Shown: positions 9,584 through 20,500, numbered from the stretch's first letter. The stretch is 64,000 nucleotides of DNA from an uncultured virus (IMG/VR IMGVR_UViG_3300043568_001465) (IMGVR_UViG_3300043568_001465); one strand, 5' to 3'. Notes: generated by a model from the letters alone, not told the origin. Numbers and translations: made by a program.

Positions 9584-10144
9584 ATGAGAATTTTAATACT
9601 ATCACATACAAGATGTGGTTCTACCACATTATGTAAATGGATATCAAAAGAATTGAATTTTGAAGTAGATTATGATCATTACGATGCTAACACATTTAAT
9701 TCAATTTTCATTAAAAATAATATAATAAAAAAAATTGTTATCGAAGAATACAATCCACCAAATGAAGTTATTGAAAAATTTGATAAAGTTATTTGTTTAA
9801 GTAGGGAAAATAATATTGACAGTGCCATAAGTTTTATTAATGCTGATAACAAAAGCAGGTGGCACGACATATATGAAATAACAAATGAGTGGATTGAAGA
9901 TAATAAAAATAAAATAATAGAAACTGTTTACAAATATGAACAATTAAAAACCTTATTAAAAAATAAAGATTTATTTCAAATAACGTATGAAAATATGTAT
10001 ATTAATAAAATAGACGTTAATAGAGTTATTAGTTATTTAAACATTGAAAACCCAAAACATTTGGATATGCTTGATTATGATAAAAAATATAGAAAAGACA
10101 CATATACTTTAACACATGATTTTAAGAGAAAAAATATCATTTAG
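9584..10144 (+). CDS. Sulfotransferase-like protein (Stf0-type P-loop)
   Basis: ILSHTRCGSTTL, LSRENNIDSAIS, ITYE. Confidence 0.65.
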   Translation: MRILILSHTRCGSTTLCKWISKELNFEVDYDHYDANTFNSIFIKNNIIKKIVIEEYNPPNEVIEKFDKVICLSRENNIDSAISFINADNKSRWHDIYEITNEWIEDNKNKIIETVYKYEQLKTLLKNKDLFQITYENMYINKIDVNRVISYLNIENPKHLDMLDYDKKYRKDTYTLTHDFKRKNII

Positions 10145-10646
10145 TAAAGATGAGTGTGATTACATAATAAATTTATCCAAAGAGTTGGATGAACTTAAAC
10201 CATTTGGTTATGATGACAATGTTAATAAAGAAAAAATAACAATTAGATATTTTGTTTGGGTTATCAATAGAAACAATAAAACCCAATGGATATTTGATAA
10301 AATTCAAACGTATTTTATAAATAAAACTAATATAAAGATAAAAAAAGAATTAGATAAAATATATATACACAAATATGACACCGGCCAACAATTTGAAAAA
10401 CATGCTGACACATATTATAAAACACAAATACACAATGTAGGGGTATGTTTAAACAATGATTATGATGGAGGTGAATTTGTTTTATATAATCCAGAAGAAC
10501 AATTACCAAAAGAAACGGGTAACATATATACTTTCCCTAGTCAAAGAATACATGAAGTAAAAAAAATAATAAAGGGTGAAAGGTGGAGCATTATTGGATT
10601 TTTACATATTGATAATTTAGATTTCCCTAAAAAATCACTAATATGA
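10116..10646 (+). CDS. 2OG-Fe(II) oxygenase
   Basis: FEKHAD, LNNDYDGGEF, HEVKKIIKGERWS. Confidence 0.85.
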   Translation: MILREKISFSKDECDYIINLSKELDELKPFGYDDNVNKEKITIRYFVWVINRNNKTQWIFDKIQTYFINKTNIKIKKELDKIYIHKYDTGQQFEKHADTYYKTQIHNVGVCLNNDYDGGEFVLYNPEEQLPKETGNIYTFPSQRIHEVKKIIKGERWSIIGFLHIDNLDFPKKSLI

Positions 10647-11200
10647 AAATTGGAATAACAGGACATTCTAACGGAATTGGAAATGACATTTATTCAAATT
10701 TAATAAAAGAATATGATGTTATAGGATTTAGTAGAAGTAATGGTTTTGATATTAAAAATACGGATAAAATTATAGAACAATTGGATGATTGTGATATTTT
10801 TATAAACAACGCTTACGAAGGAAACTATCAAACAATATTATTTGAATTAATTTTTGATAAATGGAAATTTTTACCAAAAACAATTATTAATATGAATAGC
10901 AGTTGTGTGTATCATTCATCCGATTGGTCGCCAGAATATGCAAATAATAAAAAAGAGTTAAAAGAAGTATCTTTAAATGCGATTAGAAATAATAAAAATA
11001 AAAAAGTTAGGGTCATAAATTTATATCCATCCACCTTATCAACTCATATGGGGTTTGAAAGTTTAAATAAATTAGATACTGAAAATCTTGCAAAAATTAT
11101 AAATTGGTTAATAAAACAACCACAAGAAATAGAAATTAGAGAGATGAGTATATATTGTACAACATTGGAGAAAGAATTTAAAACAAATAAATTAATATGA
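10643..11200 (+). CDS. Short-chain dehydrogenase/reductase-like protein
   Basis: ITGHSNGIG, FINNA, YANNK (YxxxK). Confidence 0.75.
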   Translation: MKIGITGHSNGIGNDIYSNLIKEYDVIGFSRSNGFDIKNTDKIIEQLDDCDIFINNAYEGNYQTILFELIFDKWKFLPKTIINMNSSCVYHSSDWSPEYANNKKELKEVSLNAIRNNKNKKVRVINLYPSTLSTHMGFESLNKLDTENLAKIINWLIKQPQEIEIREMSIYCTTLEKEFKTNKLI

Positions 11201-11967
11201 AATCAATAAAATTTTGGAATAAAAGCGGATTCGATGTTGCAACTTATAAATGGAATTTATCAGAAAGACGTAATAAAACATTTAATGGCTCTGGTTCGGA
11301 TGATAGTGAAACCAATACCTACACATATAATGAACTAGGATTCAGAGGTGATTCAATATACAAGGATGGTTTTAGAATTCTGTCTGTCGGTTGTTCACAT
11401 ACGGAAGGTGTGGGGGTAAATGACTGGGAAACTTGGCCGCATATATTTTCTAGGTTAATACCTAATGGTATTGATTTAAATGCTGGGTTTGGTGGTAGAA
11501 GTAATGATTACATTGCTAGGTGTATTGTGTCCTTAATTGACACCTTTAGACCCAATCTGGTTAATCTAATGTACACATACCCCTCAAGAAAAGAATACTA
11601 CAAGTTTAATGGGGATTTAGAGCCCTTTCATATGACCCCCTGGGGATATTTCAAAGAAGATTCGGAAGGTGTTGATGAATACAAGGCAATCGCAAAGATA
11701 ACCCATGATGAAAATGATTTGATTAATTGGTATAAAAATCATTTATTAATAACCAATTTCCTATCACTAAGAAAAATCCCATATACTTGGAATGGTTCTT
11801 TTCTAATGGATGAAGTTATATCAGATAAACATCGTTTTGATGGTGACTATGGTAACTTCAGAGAGTTTTCCGTTGACGGTAAACATGCAACAGGAAAACA
11901 CAATGAAGAATATGCCAAAAATTTATATGACTTCATTAAGAAAAACTTCCCAACATATATCCCTTAG
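11197..11967 (+). CDS. SGNH-like phage protein
   Basis: YNELGFRG, GCSHTEGVG, GGRSND, DGKH. Confidence 0.6.
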   Translation: MKSIKFWNKSGFDVATYKWNLSERRNKTFNGSGSDDSETNTYTYNELGFRGDSIYKDGFRILSVGCSHTEGVGVNDWETWPHIFSRLIPNGIDLNAGFGGRSNDYIARCIVSLIDTFRPNLVNLMYTYPSRKEYYKFNGDLEPFHMTPWGYFKEDSEGVDEYKAIAKITHDENDLINWYKNHLLITNFLSLRKIPYTWNGSFLMDEVISDKHRFDGDYGNFREFSVDGKHATGKHNEEYAKNLYDFIKKNFPTYIP

Positions 11968-11970
11968 GGG

Positions 11971-12002
11971 CTTGGTTTTCTTACAAATTTTCCTTATTTT
12001 AG
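11971..12002 (+). promoter_or_regulatory. Bacteroidota-type sigma70 promoter (-33/-7)
   Basis: CTTG-N20-TATTTTAG, 6 nt before ATG 12009. Confidence 0.5.
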
Positions 12003-12008
12003 GTACTA

Positions 12009-14729
12009 ATGAATATATTAGCACATACGTCGTTTATTGGTACCACTGGGTATGCCAATCATGCAAGGTCGTTTTTCTGCGCCTTAAACAAGTATCACAA
12101 AGTAAGGGTTAGAAACCTTACCATTGGTAATAGTTGGAATGATTATAATGAAAAGCCACACGAAGGCGAATCATATATCACTGATGAGATGAAGGATATG
12201 TTAATCCTTCAAAGTTTGTTTAACGCTGATGGTTCAACTAGTGATTATCCAATTTATAACTTTAAAAAAGATTTTGTTCCAGATGTCCACATTGTTTTGG
12301 TGGAAACCGACAACATTTATTTTTATCATGATTATGATGGCTATAAAATAGCGTACAATGTTTGGGAATCAACATTATATCCAGATAATTTCTTCAAGCG
12401 ACTATTTTACTTTGATGAGGTTTGGGTGCCGACCAAGTGGCAGTTTGATTGTTTAGTTGCGCAAGGGTATCCTGCTGAAAAAATATCTATAGTTCCAGAA
12501 GGTGTTGATGTTGACACATTTAAACCAATAGAAAAATACCCACAAAGAGATAAGATTAGATTTGTGTATTTTGGTCGTTGGGATTATAGAAAAGGAACGA
12601 CTGAAGTACTCAGAGCTTTTGGTGAGGTCTTTAAAGATGTTGATGATGTAGAATTAATTGCATCTGTTGAGAACCCGTACCCGAACGATGGTTTAAAGTC
12701 AACAGAGGAACGAATTAAAAAACACGAAATTGATACAGAGAAAATAACGTTTCTTAATTTTCCATCGAGAGAAGAATATGTAAAATACTTACAAGAAGCA
12801 CATGTATTTGTTTCTTGTGCTAGAAGCGAAGGTTGGAATCTACCGCTTATTGAAGCGATGGCTTGCGGTACGCCGGCCATTTATTCTAATTGGGGTGGTC
12901 AACTAGAATTTGCTGAAGGTAAAGGTGTTCCGGTTAGTATCAAGGAATTAAGACCTGCTAACATAGAAAGAAAAGAATTTCCAGGTGAATATTGTGAACC
13001 AGATTGGGATGACCTTAAATGGAAAATGAGACAAGCGTACGATTATCAAACAGCTATGTGGATTAAATCCAGATCTGATGCTAAAGATATTCACAAGAAC
13101 TTTAATTGGGAAACAATAGCTGAAAACGCATCAAAAATAATCAACTCTAGATTCAAGTCATTTGCATTTGTTACAACTGGTAACTTACAATATATGCCGG
13201 TTATTGAAAAGTTGGTACAATCATTAATGATGTTTTCAAGACACAAGATAATTGTTTATGGTGTTGATTGTGAAGTGCCGTTTGATTATCCTAATGTGAT
13301 TAGAAAAACAATCAATCCACCCAAAATATCAGAACACGATAAATGGTATTGGAAACAATGGGCTTGTTTGGAATCATTAAACGAAGATTTTGATTATTAT
13401 ATTTGGGTTGACGGTGATGTTGTTGTTAATTACAATATCGATACCGTTACAAAATATTTCAAACATGTTGGTAGATATCCATTGTCGGATATACATGTTC
13501 AAGAAGAATTCTTTGGAACATATGATGACGGTAAAACGCAATTGTTTAATGAAGAGTTAGCTAAAAGATGGGGTGTTGAAAAACAACAACCATACATGCA
13601 TATTTGTTTCTACATTTACAATCAAGGTTCAAGAGCATTTTTTGATGGTATATTGGGATATTATGACACAATGATGAAAGGTAGCCCTGAAGATTATAAA
13701 CGATATTTTTTATGGAATGATGAAGGTATTGATAATGCAATAAGATGGAACCACGGTTTTACTAATCATTTACCTATATCAAATTTTGACACATCATCAT
13801 ATGATGGGGATGAAGGGTTTATTGATAAAACGTTACATCAGTTTTATAAGTTCTGGAATGAAGATGGTCCACAAAACTTCAATAGAATATTTGGGTATCA
13901 ATTTATACCAGAAGATAAATCAAATATATTATATTTCCACGGGAATAAGAATGCTGAGATATCGGACAAGATGATTGAGTTTATTAAAATGAAAAGAGAT
14001 GATTCATTTTATAAGTCATATTGTTTTTATACTGACGTATATAAATTGGAAAACTTTAATCAATATTTCAATATTGAAGGGGGTACAATTGAGATAGCAA
14101 ACAAACATGGTTGGTTTGTTGCCATATTTCACGAGATATTTAATCTTTTGGATTATTATAAAAATAGAGAGAGAAGAATCTTTGATGGCGACGTTGTAGT
14201 TGAGTTGGGTGGGAATATCGGCATCTTTAATAGATGGGCGTACAGTCAAGGTGCTAGCAAAGTTATTTCGTTTGAGCCAGATAAAAGATACTTTAAACTT
14301 CTCTCATTAAATGCTGATCCGCGTTCTGTATTATTCAATGCTGCGGGAAGTGATTCTATTGGTGAATTAAGTTTATTTGAGAGCACACACATAGGTGGAT
14401 CTAATTTATTTGGAACACAGGAAGGTGCTAAAGAATATAAGGTAAGAACATATACGCTAGATTATCTTTTTGAAACGGGGTTAGTTGATAAAATAGATTT
14501 TCTAAAGGTAGACATTGAGGGAGCAGAACATCACGCGTTCAAAGGTATCAGCGATGAAAACCTAATGAAAGTTAAAAACATTTCAATGGAATATCACCAT
14601 AGCCACTTTGATTATGACGAAGAATTGAGACAAGATTTAATTAATCGTATGGTTAGATTAGGTTTTAACCCCTACACATTGTTTATGGGTGACAATAACG
14701 CACTACAAATGATATATTTTACAAGATGA
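12009..14729 (+). CDS. Tri-domain protein: GT4 glycosyltransferase, GT-A-like domain, FkbM methyltransferase
   Basis: RSEGWNLPLIEAMACG (GT4); WVDGD (DxD); VVELGGNIG, SFEP and LKVDIEGAE (FkbM). Confidence 0.85.
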   Translation: MNILAHTSFIGTTGYANHARSFFCALNKYHKVRVRNLTIGNSWNDYNEKPHEGESYITDEMKDMLILQSLFNADGSTSDYPIYNFKKDFVPDVHIVLVETDNIYFYHDYDGYKIAYNVWESTLYPDNFFKRLFYFDEVWVPTKWQFDCLVAQGYPAEKISIVPEGVDVDTFKPIEKYPQRDKIRFVYFGRWDYRKGTTEVLRAFGEVFKDVDDVELIASVENPYPNDGLKSTEERIKKHEIDTEKITFLNFPSREEYVKYLQEAHVFVSCARSEGWNLPLIEAMACGTPAIYSNWGGQLEFAEGKGVPVSIKELRPANIERKEFPGEYCEPDWDDLKWKMRQAYDYQTAMWIKSRSDAKDIHKNFNWETIAENASKIINSRFKSFAFVTTGNLQYMPVIEKLVQSLMMFSRHKIIVYGVDCEVPFDYPNVIRKTINPPKISEHDKWYWKQWACLESLNEDFDYYIWVDGDVVVNYNIDTVTKYFKHVGRYPLSDIHVQEEFFGTYDDGKTQLFNEELAKRWGVEKQQPYMHICFYIYNQGSRAFFDGILGYYDTMMKGSPEDYKRYFLWNDEGIDNAIRWNHGFTNHLPISNFDTSSYDGDEGFIDKTLHQFYKFWNEDGPQNFNRIFGYQFIPEDKSNILYFHGNKNAEISDKMIEFIKMKRDDSFYKSYCFYTDVYKLENFNQYFNIEGGTIEIANKHGWFVAIFHEIFNLLDYYKNRERRIFDGDVVVELGGNIGIFNRWAYSQGASKVISFEPDKRYFKLLSLNADPRSVLFNAAGSDSIGELSLFESTHIGGSNLFGTQEGAKEYKVRTYTLDYLFETGLVDKIDFLKVDIEGAEHHAFKGISDENLMKVKNISMEYHHSHFDYDEELRQDLINRMVRLGFNPYTLFMGDNNALQMIYFTR

Positions 14730-15382
14730 GTACACTAGATAAATTAGCAAAAATGCACGGAACTGATAAGAGTTCTGATATACACAATTACTGTGTTAAG
14801 TATGAAAAGTATCTACCATTTAATCGTTATGATAAGTTAATGATGATGGAGATTGGTGTGTTAGATGGTAAATCCTTATTAACTTGGAAGGATTATTTTT
14901 ATCGTTCACACATTCTAGGTATTGATATAAATCCTGAATGTAAAAAATACGAAGAAGAAAGAATTACAATTGAGATTGGTTCTCAAGCTGATGGTGGTTT
15001 CTTATCTAGAACCAGCGAACATTATGGGCCATTTGACATCATTTTAGATGATGGTTCACATATGAATGACCATGTAACTTATTCTTTCCAGCATTTATTT
15101 GATTCAGTAAAACCAGGTGGCGTTTATATTGTTGAAGATTGTGCCACGGCTTACTGGGATGAATATGGTGGCGGTTATTTAAAACCAAGTACAAGTATAG
15201 AATATTTTAAATCCTTATCAGATGATTTAAACTTCCGTGGACTAATGAATCACAACAAACCAAATGTACACGCAAGAAGGGAAGATTGGTTAATTGAAAA
15301 TTCAAAAAGCATCCCAACATGTAGAACGGATATTGAATCCATAAATTTCCTAAATGGAATTATTATTGTAACTAAGAGATAA
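14726..15382 (+). CDS. Class I SAM-dependent (sugar) O-methyltransferase
   Basis: GTDK..HNY, EIGV, GIDI, GSQAD, DIILDDGSH, GGVYIVED. Confidence 0.8.
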   Translation: MSTLDKLAKMHGTDKSSDIHNYCVKYEKYLPFNRYDKLMMMEIGVLDGKSLLTWKDYFYRSHILGIDINPECKKYEEERITIEIGSQADGGFLSRTSEHYGPFDIILDDGSHMNDHVTYSFQHLFDSVKPGGVYIVEDCATAYWDEYGGGYLKPSTSIEYFKSLSDDLNFRGLMNHNKPNVHARREDWLIENSKSIPTCRTDIESINFLNGIIIVTKR

Positions 15383-17505
15383 TGTACACACAATTCACTG
15401 AAGATATATTTGTAATTGATTGTTGGCTTGACACTAAAGAGAAAGAGCTAGCACTAACTAATTTAATTGAAAGGGTTAAAGTTTATAATATACCAATAAT
15501 ACTATGTGGTCACTACCCAATTAAACCTGAGTTCCAAGAAATGGTTGATTATTGTATCTATGACAAGAACAATGACATTTTAGAAGAAAAGGATTTTGAA
15601 GAGTATGGTGTTGTTAGTGATAGATGGACAGAGACAGACGATTTTAAAATAAGTAACAAGGTTACATTTCACCATGATTATGCTATATGGTTAACAATGA
15701 AGAATGCTTTTAACCTAGCAAATCAATTGGGTAAGAAATACATACACTTTCTTGAGTACGATAACCTACCAGATGAGATTCAATATCGTCAAGCGTTTAT
15801 TGAATACATCAGACATCACGATGCGGTTGTTTATGAATATAGTGAAGGATCAACTAATGAACCATCACCCTTTTCGGCTACGTACATATTTTCAATTAAA
15901 ACTGACATCGCATTAAGTTTGGTTAATAAGATTAATAGTAAGAAGGAGTTCTTTTTACGAAAACAACATGAATGGCAATTAGAAAAAACATTCTACCAAA
16001 CATTACAAACTGTAACTAAAAGAATATTTGTTACAAAATACATAGCAAATGATGACGAGTTAAATCTTTTTGCTGCTTGGAATAGGGATGGTATTAATAG
16101 AAACGGCGCTAGATTTCAAACATATCTATGTGTTGATGATAATGAAGATTTGTCAATCCATTTTATATCTGGTTTTAATGATAAACCGGCCACACAAGAT
16201 TATGTGGTTGAAATCAACTATGGTGATGTTAAAGAGTTTTACAAAATTATCATAGGTAATTTTCATTTAAAAAAACTTGGTAAATACATTAAAGGATTAC
16301 CTGTTATAGTTTATTATCAAGGCGTACAAGTATTTTCTGATTTACTTATTGATGATGTTAAAGAATTTAAACGAAAGAATAATATAACAAGAAAAAACAA
16401 AGAGATATCAAAAAACATTAATGTTAATTTTGTTGATGGACCATTCATTGAGATACTAGAAAAAACCGCCAAAGAATATCGTATTGAATTTATTGATAAT
16501 AAAAGTGGAAGAGTTTTACATGAAACAAATATTAAAAGTAATCACTGGGCGAAAGCATCAATAAAATATTATGTTGATTGGTTAATTAAGGTGAGTGGTG
16601 TTGATAACGATTTTTATTTTGAGCATAAATTTAACCCTAATGAAAATAGATTCTTCATTAGTTTTGAGAGCAAATCATTAGGTGACAGTTTAGCATTTAT
16701 ACCATATGTGGATGAGTTTAGAAAGAAACATAATTGTTCAGTTGTTTGTTCAACATTCTTTAACGATTTATTTAAAAATGAATACCCAGAAATTGAGTTT
16801 GTTTCACCTGGTTCAACTGTTAATAACATCTACGGTCTTTATCGAATCGGTATGTTCTATAATGATTCTAAAATGATTGATTATGATAAACATTTGACCG
16901 ACCCCAAAAAGGAGCCATTATTAAAAATTGCATCAGATATTTTAGGTTTAGATTATAAAGAGGTTAGACCTAAGTTACCAAAAATTGGTAACACTAAACA
17001 GAAATTAGTAACTATAGCAATTCATTCTACAGCACAAGCGAAATATTGGAATAACCCAACTGGTTGGCAAGATGTTGTTGATTACTTAATTGGTAAAGGA
17101 TACGAGGTTAGGTTGTTATCAAAAGAAGAAGACGGTTACATGGGTAACATTCATCCAAAAGGTATAACACAACAACCTGCTGGTGATTTAAACAGCGTAA
17201 TTAAGACAATACAAGAATCAGAATTCTTTATTGGGATTAGTAGCGGGTTGAGTTGGTTGGCGTGGGGATGTGGAACACCAACAATATTAATATCCGGATT
17301 TACAGATGTATTTGCAGAACCATTTCAAAACATTTACCGAGTAATAAATAAAGAAGTTTGTAATAGTTGTTGGTCCGATTATGATTTTGACGCCGGTAAC
17401 TGGAAGTGGTGCCCAGTACATTCAAATACTGATAAACAATTTGAATGTTCTAAACAAATAACATCAAAACAAGTTATAGGGGAAATTGATAAATTAATTA
17501 ACTAA
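15382..17505 (+). CDS. Protein O-heptosyltransferase (AAH/TibC family) with extra N-terminal GT-like domain
   Basis: C-terminal half has SLGD..A..PY, STAQAKYWNNPTGW, FIGISSGLSWLAW, ISGF, VCNSCW, WCP and FECSKQIT (iron-binding Cys set of this family). Confidence 0.8.
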   Translation: MYTQFTEDIFVIDCWLDTKEKELALTNLIERVKVYNIPIILCGHYPIKPEFQEMVDYCIYDKNNDILEEKDFEEYGVVSDRWTETDDFKISNKVTFHHDYAIWLTMKNAFNLANQLGKKYIHFLEYDNLPDEIQYRQAFIEYIRHHDAVVYEYSEGSTNEPSPFSATYIFSIKTDIALSLVNKINSKKEFFLRKQHEWQLEKTFYQTLQTVTKRIFVTKYIANDDELNLFAAWNRDGINRNGARFQTYLCVDDNEDLSIHFISGFNDKPATQDYVVEINYGDVKEFYKIIIGNFHLKKLGKYIKGLPVIVYYQGVQVFSDLLIDDVKEFKRKNNITRKNKEISKNINVNFVDGPFIEILEKTAKEYRIEFIDNKSGRVLHETNIKSNHWAKASIKYYVDWLIKVSGVDNDFYFEHKFNPNENRFFISFESKSLGDSLAFIPYVDEFRKKHNCSVVCSTFFNDLFKNEYPEIEFVSPGSTVNNIYGLYRIGMFYNDSKMIDYDKHLTDPKKEPLLKIASDILGLDYKEVRPKLPKIGNTKQKLVTIAIHSTAQAKYWNNPTGWQDVVDYLIGKGYEVRLLSKEEDGYMGNIHPKGITQQPAGDLNSVIKTIQESEFFIGISSGLSWLAWGCGTPTILISGFTDVFAEPFQNIYRVINKEVCNSCWSDYDFDAGNWKWCPVHSNTDKQFECSKQITSKQVIGEIDKLIN

Positions 17506-17521
17506 CATTCAAACGAACAAG

Positions 17522-17528
17522 TATTTAT
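17522..17528 (+). promoter_or_regulatory. Putative late-promoter motif TATTTAT
   Basis: Upstream of the fibre gene at 17551. Confidence 0.45.
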
Positions 17529-17550
17529 CTAAGTATAATACCATATTTAG

Positions 17551-20500
17551 ATGAATATATTTGACGCACACATATCGGGATCATTATCCGTATCAAGTTC
17601 AGCCGAAATTTCGGGTGATTTAAAAGTTTTAGGAACAATTAGTGGTTCCTTTAGTGGTGATGGCTCTAATATCACAAACATCCCAGCGGGTGGTGTTGTT
17701 GGACTTAATTTAACACGAATAGCTGACGGTGCATCAACAGCATCAATTTCAAATACAGATGGTTTAAGAATTAATACAAATTCAGAAATTACTGGTTCAT
17801 TAATTATAACCGGTGATTTAATTATAAGTGGAACATCTTTTAATGCCGCGACCTCAGGTACATCTGGTACATCAGGAACCTCAGGTACATCTGGAACCTC
17901 AGGGTCTTCAGGTTCAAGTGGAACATCAGGTACTAGTGGAACTAGCGGAACCTCAGGAAGTTCAGGATCAAGTGGAACATCGGGATCAAGTGGAAGTTCT
18001 GGTTCTAGCGGAACGTCAGGTACGAGTGGTTCTTCAGGTACATCTGGCACATCAGGAACCTCAGGTTCATCGGGAAGTTCGGGTACGTCTGGAACCAGCG
18101 GAAGTTCTGGGTCATCAGGTACAAGTGGAACATCTGGTTCATCCGGAAGTTCTGGTTCTAGTGGAACATCGGGATCAAGCGGTACCTCAGGCACTAGTGG
18201 AACCTCAGGATCAAATGGTAGTTCGGGCACGAGTGGTTCTTCGGGTTCATCTGGAAGTTCGGGTACGTCAGGTACTAGTGGAAGTAGCGGTTCTTCAGGA
18301 ACATCTGGTTCTTCAGGAACATCAGGTTCAAGTGGTAGTTCTGGTACTAGTGGAAGTAGTGGTTCTTCAGGAACCGCTGGAACTTCAGGAACCTCAGGTT
18401 CTAGTGGTAGTTCTGGAACATCAGGTTCTAGTGGATCTAGCGGAACCGCTGGTACAAGTGGTACATCGGGATCTTCTGGTTCTAACGGGTCGTCAGGTAC
18501 TTCAGGAACAAGCGGAACATCTGGTTCATCAGGAACTTCAGGTTCATCAGGTTCTAGTGGAACGAGCGGTAGTTCTGGTTCATCAGGAACATCAGGTTCT
18601 AACGGGTCGTCAGGTACTTCAGGAACAAGCGGAACATCTGGTTCATCAGGAACTTCAGGTTCATCAGGTTCTAGTGGAACATCTGGGTCTTCAGGGTCAA
18701 GCGGTACATCAGGTTCAAGCGGAAGTTCAGGAACATCCGGAAGTTCAGGGTCTAGTGGTACAGCGGGGACATCAGGAACCTCAGGTTCTAGTGGATCTAG
18801 TGGATCTAGCGGAACCGTAACAATGAGCGGAACACAAGACAATGGTGTTCTAACACTTAATGGTTCCTCACCAAACGTAACTGCGGAAAATAATTTAAGA
18901 TTTGATGGTTCACTTTTAACCGTTGTTGGTAACGAAACAATATCTGGTTCCTTAATTGTGACAAACAATTTTACAGTATTAGGTTCATCCTCAATAACAT
19001 ACGTAACATCATCTCAATTAAGAGTTGAAGACAATATTATCACAGTAAACACTGCTAGCCCTGGATCTAGATTTGGTGGACTAGAAGTTCATGATTCAGG
19101 ATCGGTTGGTATTGCTACTGGTTCAATTCTTTGGGATTCTGTTAACAATAGATGGATTTATCAAAACTCAAGTGAGGCGGGTTATGGTGGCGGTGTATTA
19201 TTGTCAGGTCCTAGAAGTTCTGGTTCACTAGGTAGTGAATTAACATTAACTAGTGGTAGAGTTGCAAAGTCAGCGGGCGGAGACCACTTAAATGATTCAA
19301 ATATAACAGACAACGGTACAACCGTTTCGATAAATTCAAATACAGAAATCACTGGTTCATTAATTGTTACTGGTGGTAATAAATTAGTTGTAAATGCTAC
19401 TGGTGGTGATGAAGGTGGTGAAATTTTATTAGGGAAAGCGTTAACTAATACAACACTTGTTGGTGAGGGAGTTACAGTAGATATTTGGCAAAATAGATTA
19501 AGATTTTTTGAACAAGGTGGAACTGCGAGAGGTGCATATATTGATATCTCAAGTTTAGCGGCAGGTGTTGGTACCAACCTGGTTGGTGCTGGTTCATCAG
19601 GTACTTCTGGAACTAGTGGTACCTCTGGCACATCGGGTTCTAGTGGAACATCAGGATCTAATGGTTCGTCTGGTACGTCAGGTTCATCAGGAACAAGTGG
19701 TACAAGTGGTAGTTCAGGATCTAATGGTTCATCTGGCACGTCAGGGTCTTCAGGGTCTAGCGGAACATCGGGATCTAATGGTTCATCTGGCACGTCAGGA
19801 ACATCGGGTTCTAATGGTTCTAGTGGAACATCAGGTTCTTCAGGTTCTAGTGGAACATCTGGTTCATCCGGAAGTTCTGGTTCAAGTGGGACCTCAGGTT
19901 CTTCAGGTAGTTCAGGTTCATCCGGAACAAGTGGAAGTTCGGGAACATCAGGTTCTAATGGTTCTAGTGGAACATCAGGTTCTTCAGGTAGTTCAGGGTC
20001 AAGCGGAACGTCTGGGTCTTCAGGTTCTAGTGGTACTTCGGGTACTTCAGGAAGCTCAGGAACAAGTGGGTCTTCAGGTTCTTCTGGATCTAGTGGAACA
20101 TCGGGTTCTAACGGATCTAGTGGTACGTCGGGTTCATCAGGTTCTAGCGGTTCTAGTGGAACTTCAGGTTCTTCTGGTTCTAGCGGAAGTTCAGGAACAA
20201 GTGGATCTTCAGGGTCTAGTGGTTCAAGTGGAACCAGTGGTAGTTCGGGGAGTTCTGGTTCAAGTGGAACATCTGGGTCTTCAGGAAGTTCTGGTTCTAG
20301 CGGGTCTTCTGGTACGTCAGGTACTTCTTTTGCTAATAGTTTTAATATAAATCAAAATTTAGGAACAAGTAACTCACCAACATTTGGTGGTTTAACAATT
20401 ACAGGTGGTGGTTCAGTTAGCACAGTATTAACAGGTGCTAACGTTGGTGACTTATTGTATGCATCAATTGCTGATAACGATTATTTCAGATTAAGAGTTG

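Noticed and set aside
17547..18968. 473-aa minus-strand Pro/Glu/Asp/Val repeat ORF (also 19182-19793)
   Set aside because: Antisense shadow of the Gly-X-Ser repeat, whose codons give no stops on the opposite strand.
17851..20328. Possible CRISPR array or non-coding tandem repeat
   Set aside because: No constant repeat with unique spacers; variation is synonymous within an ORF.
17828..20350. Alternative-frame + strand ORFs 17828-18820 and 19565-20350
   Set aside because: Stop-free only because of repeat codon composition; no motifs, unlike the nested frame in dcm.
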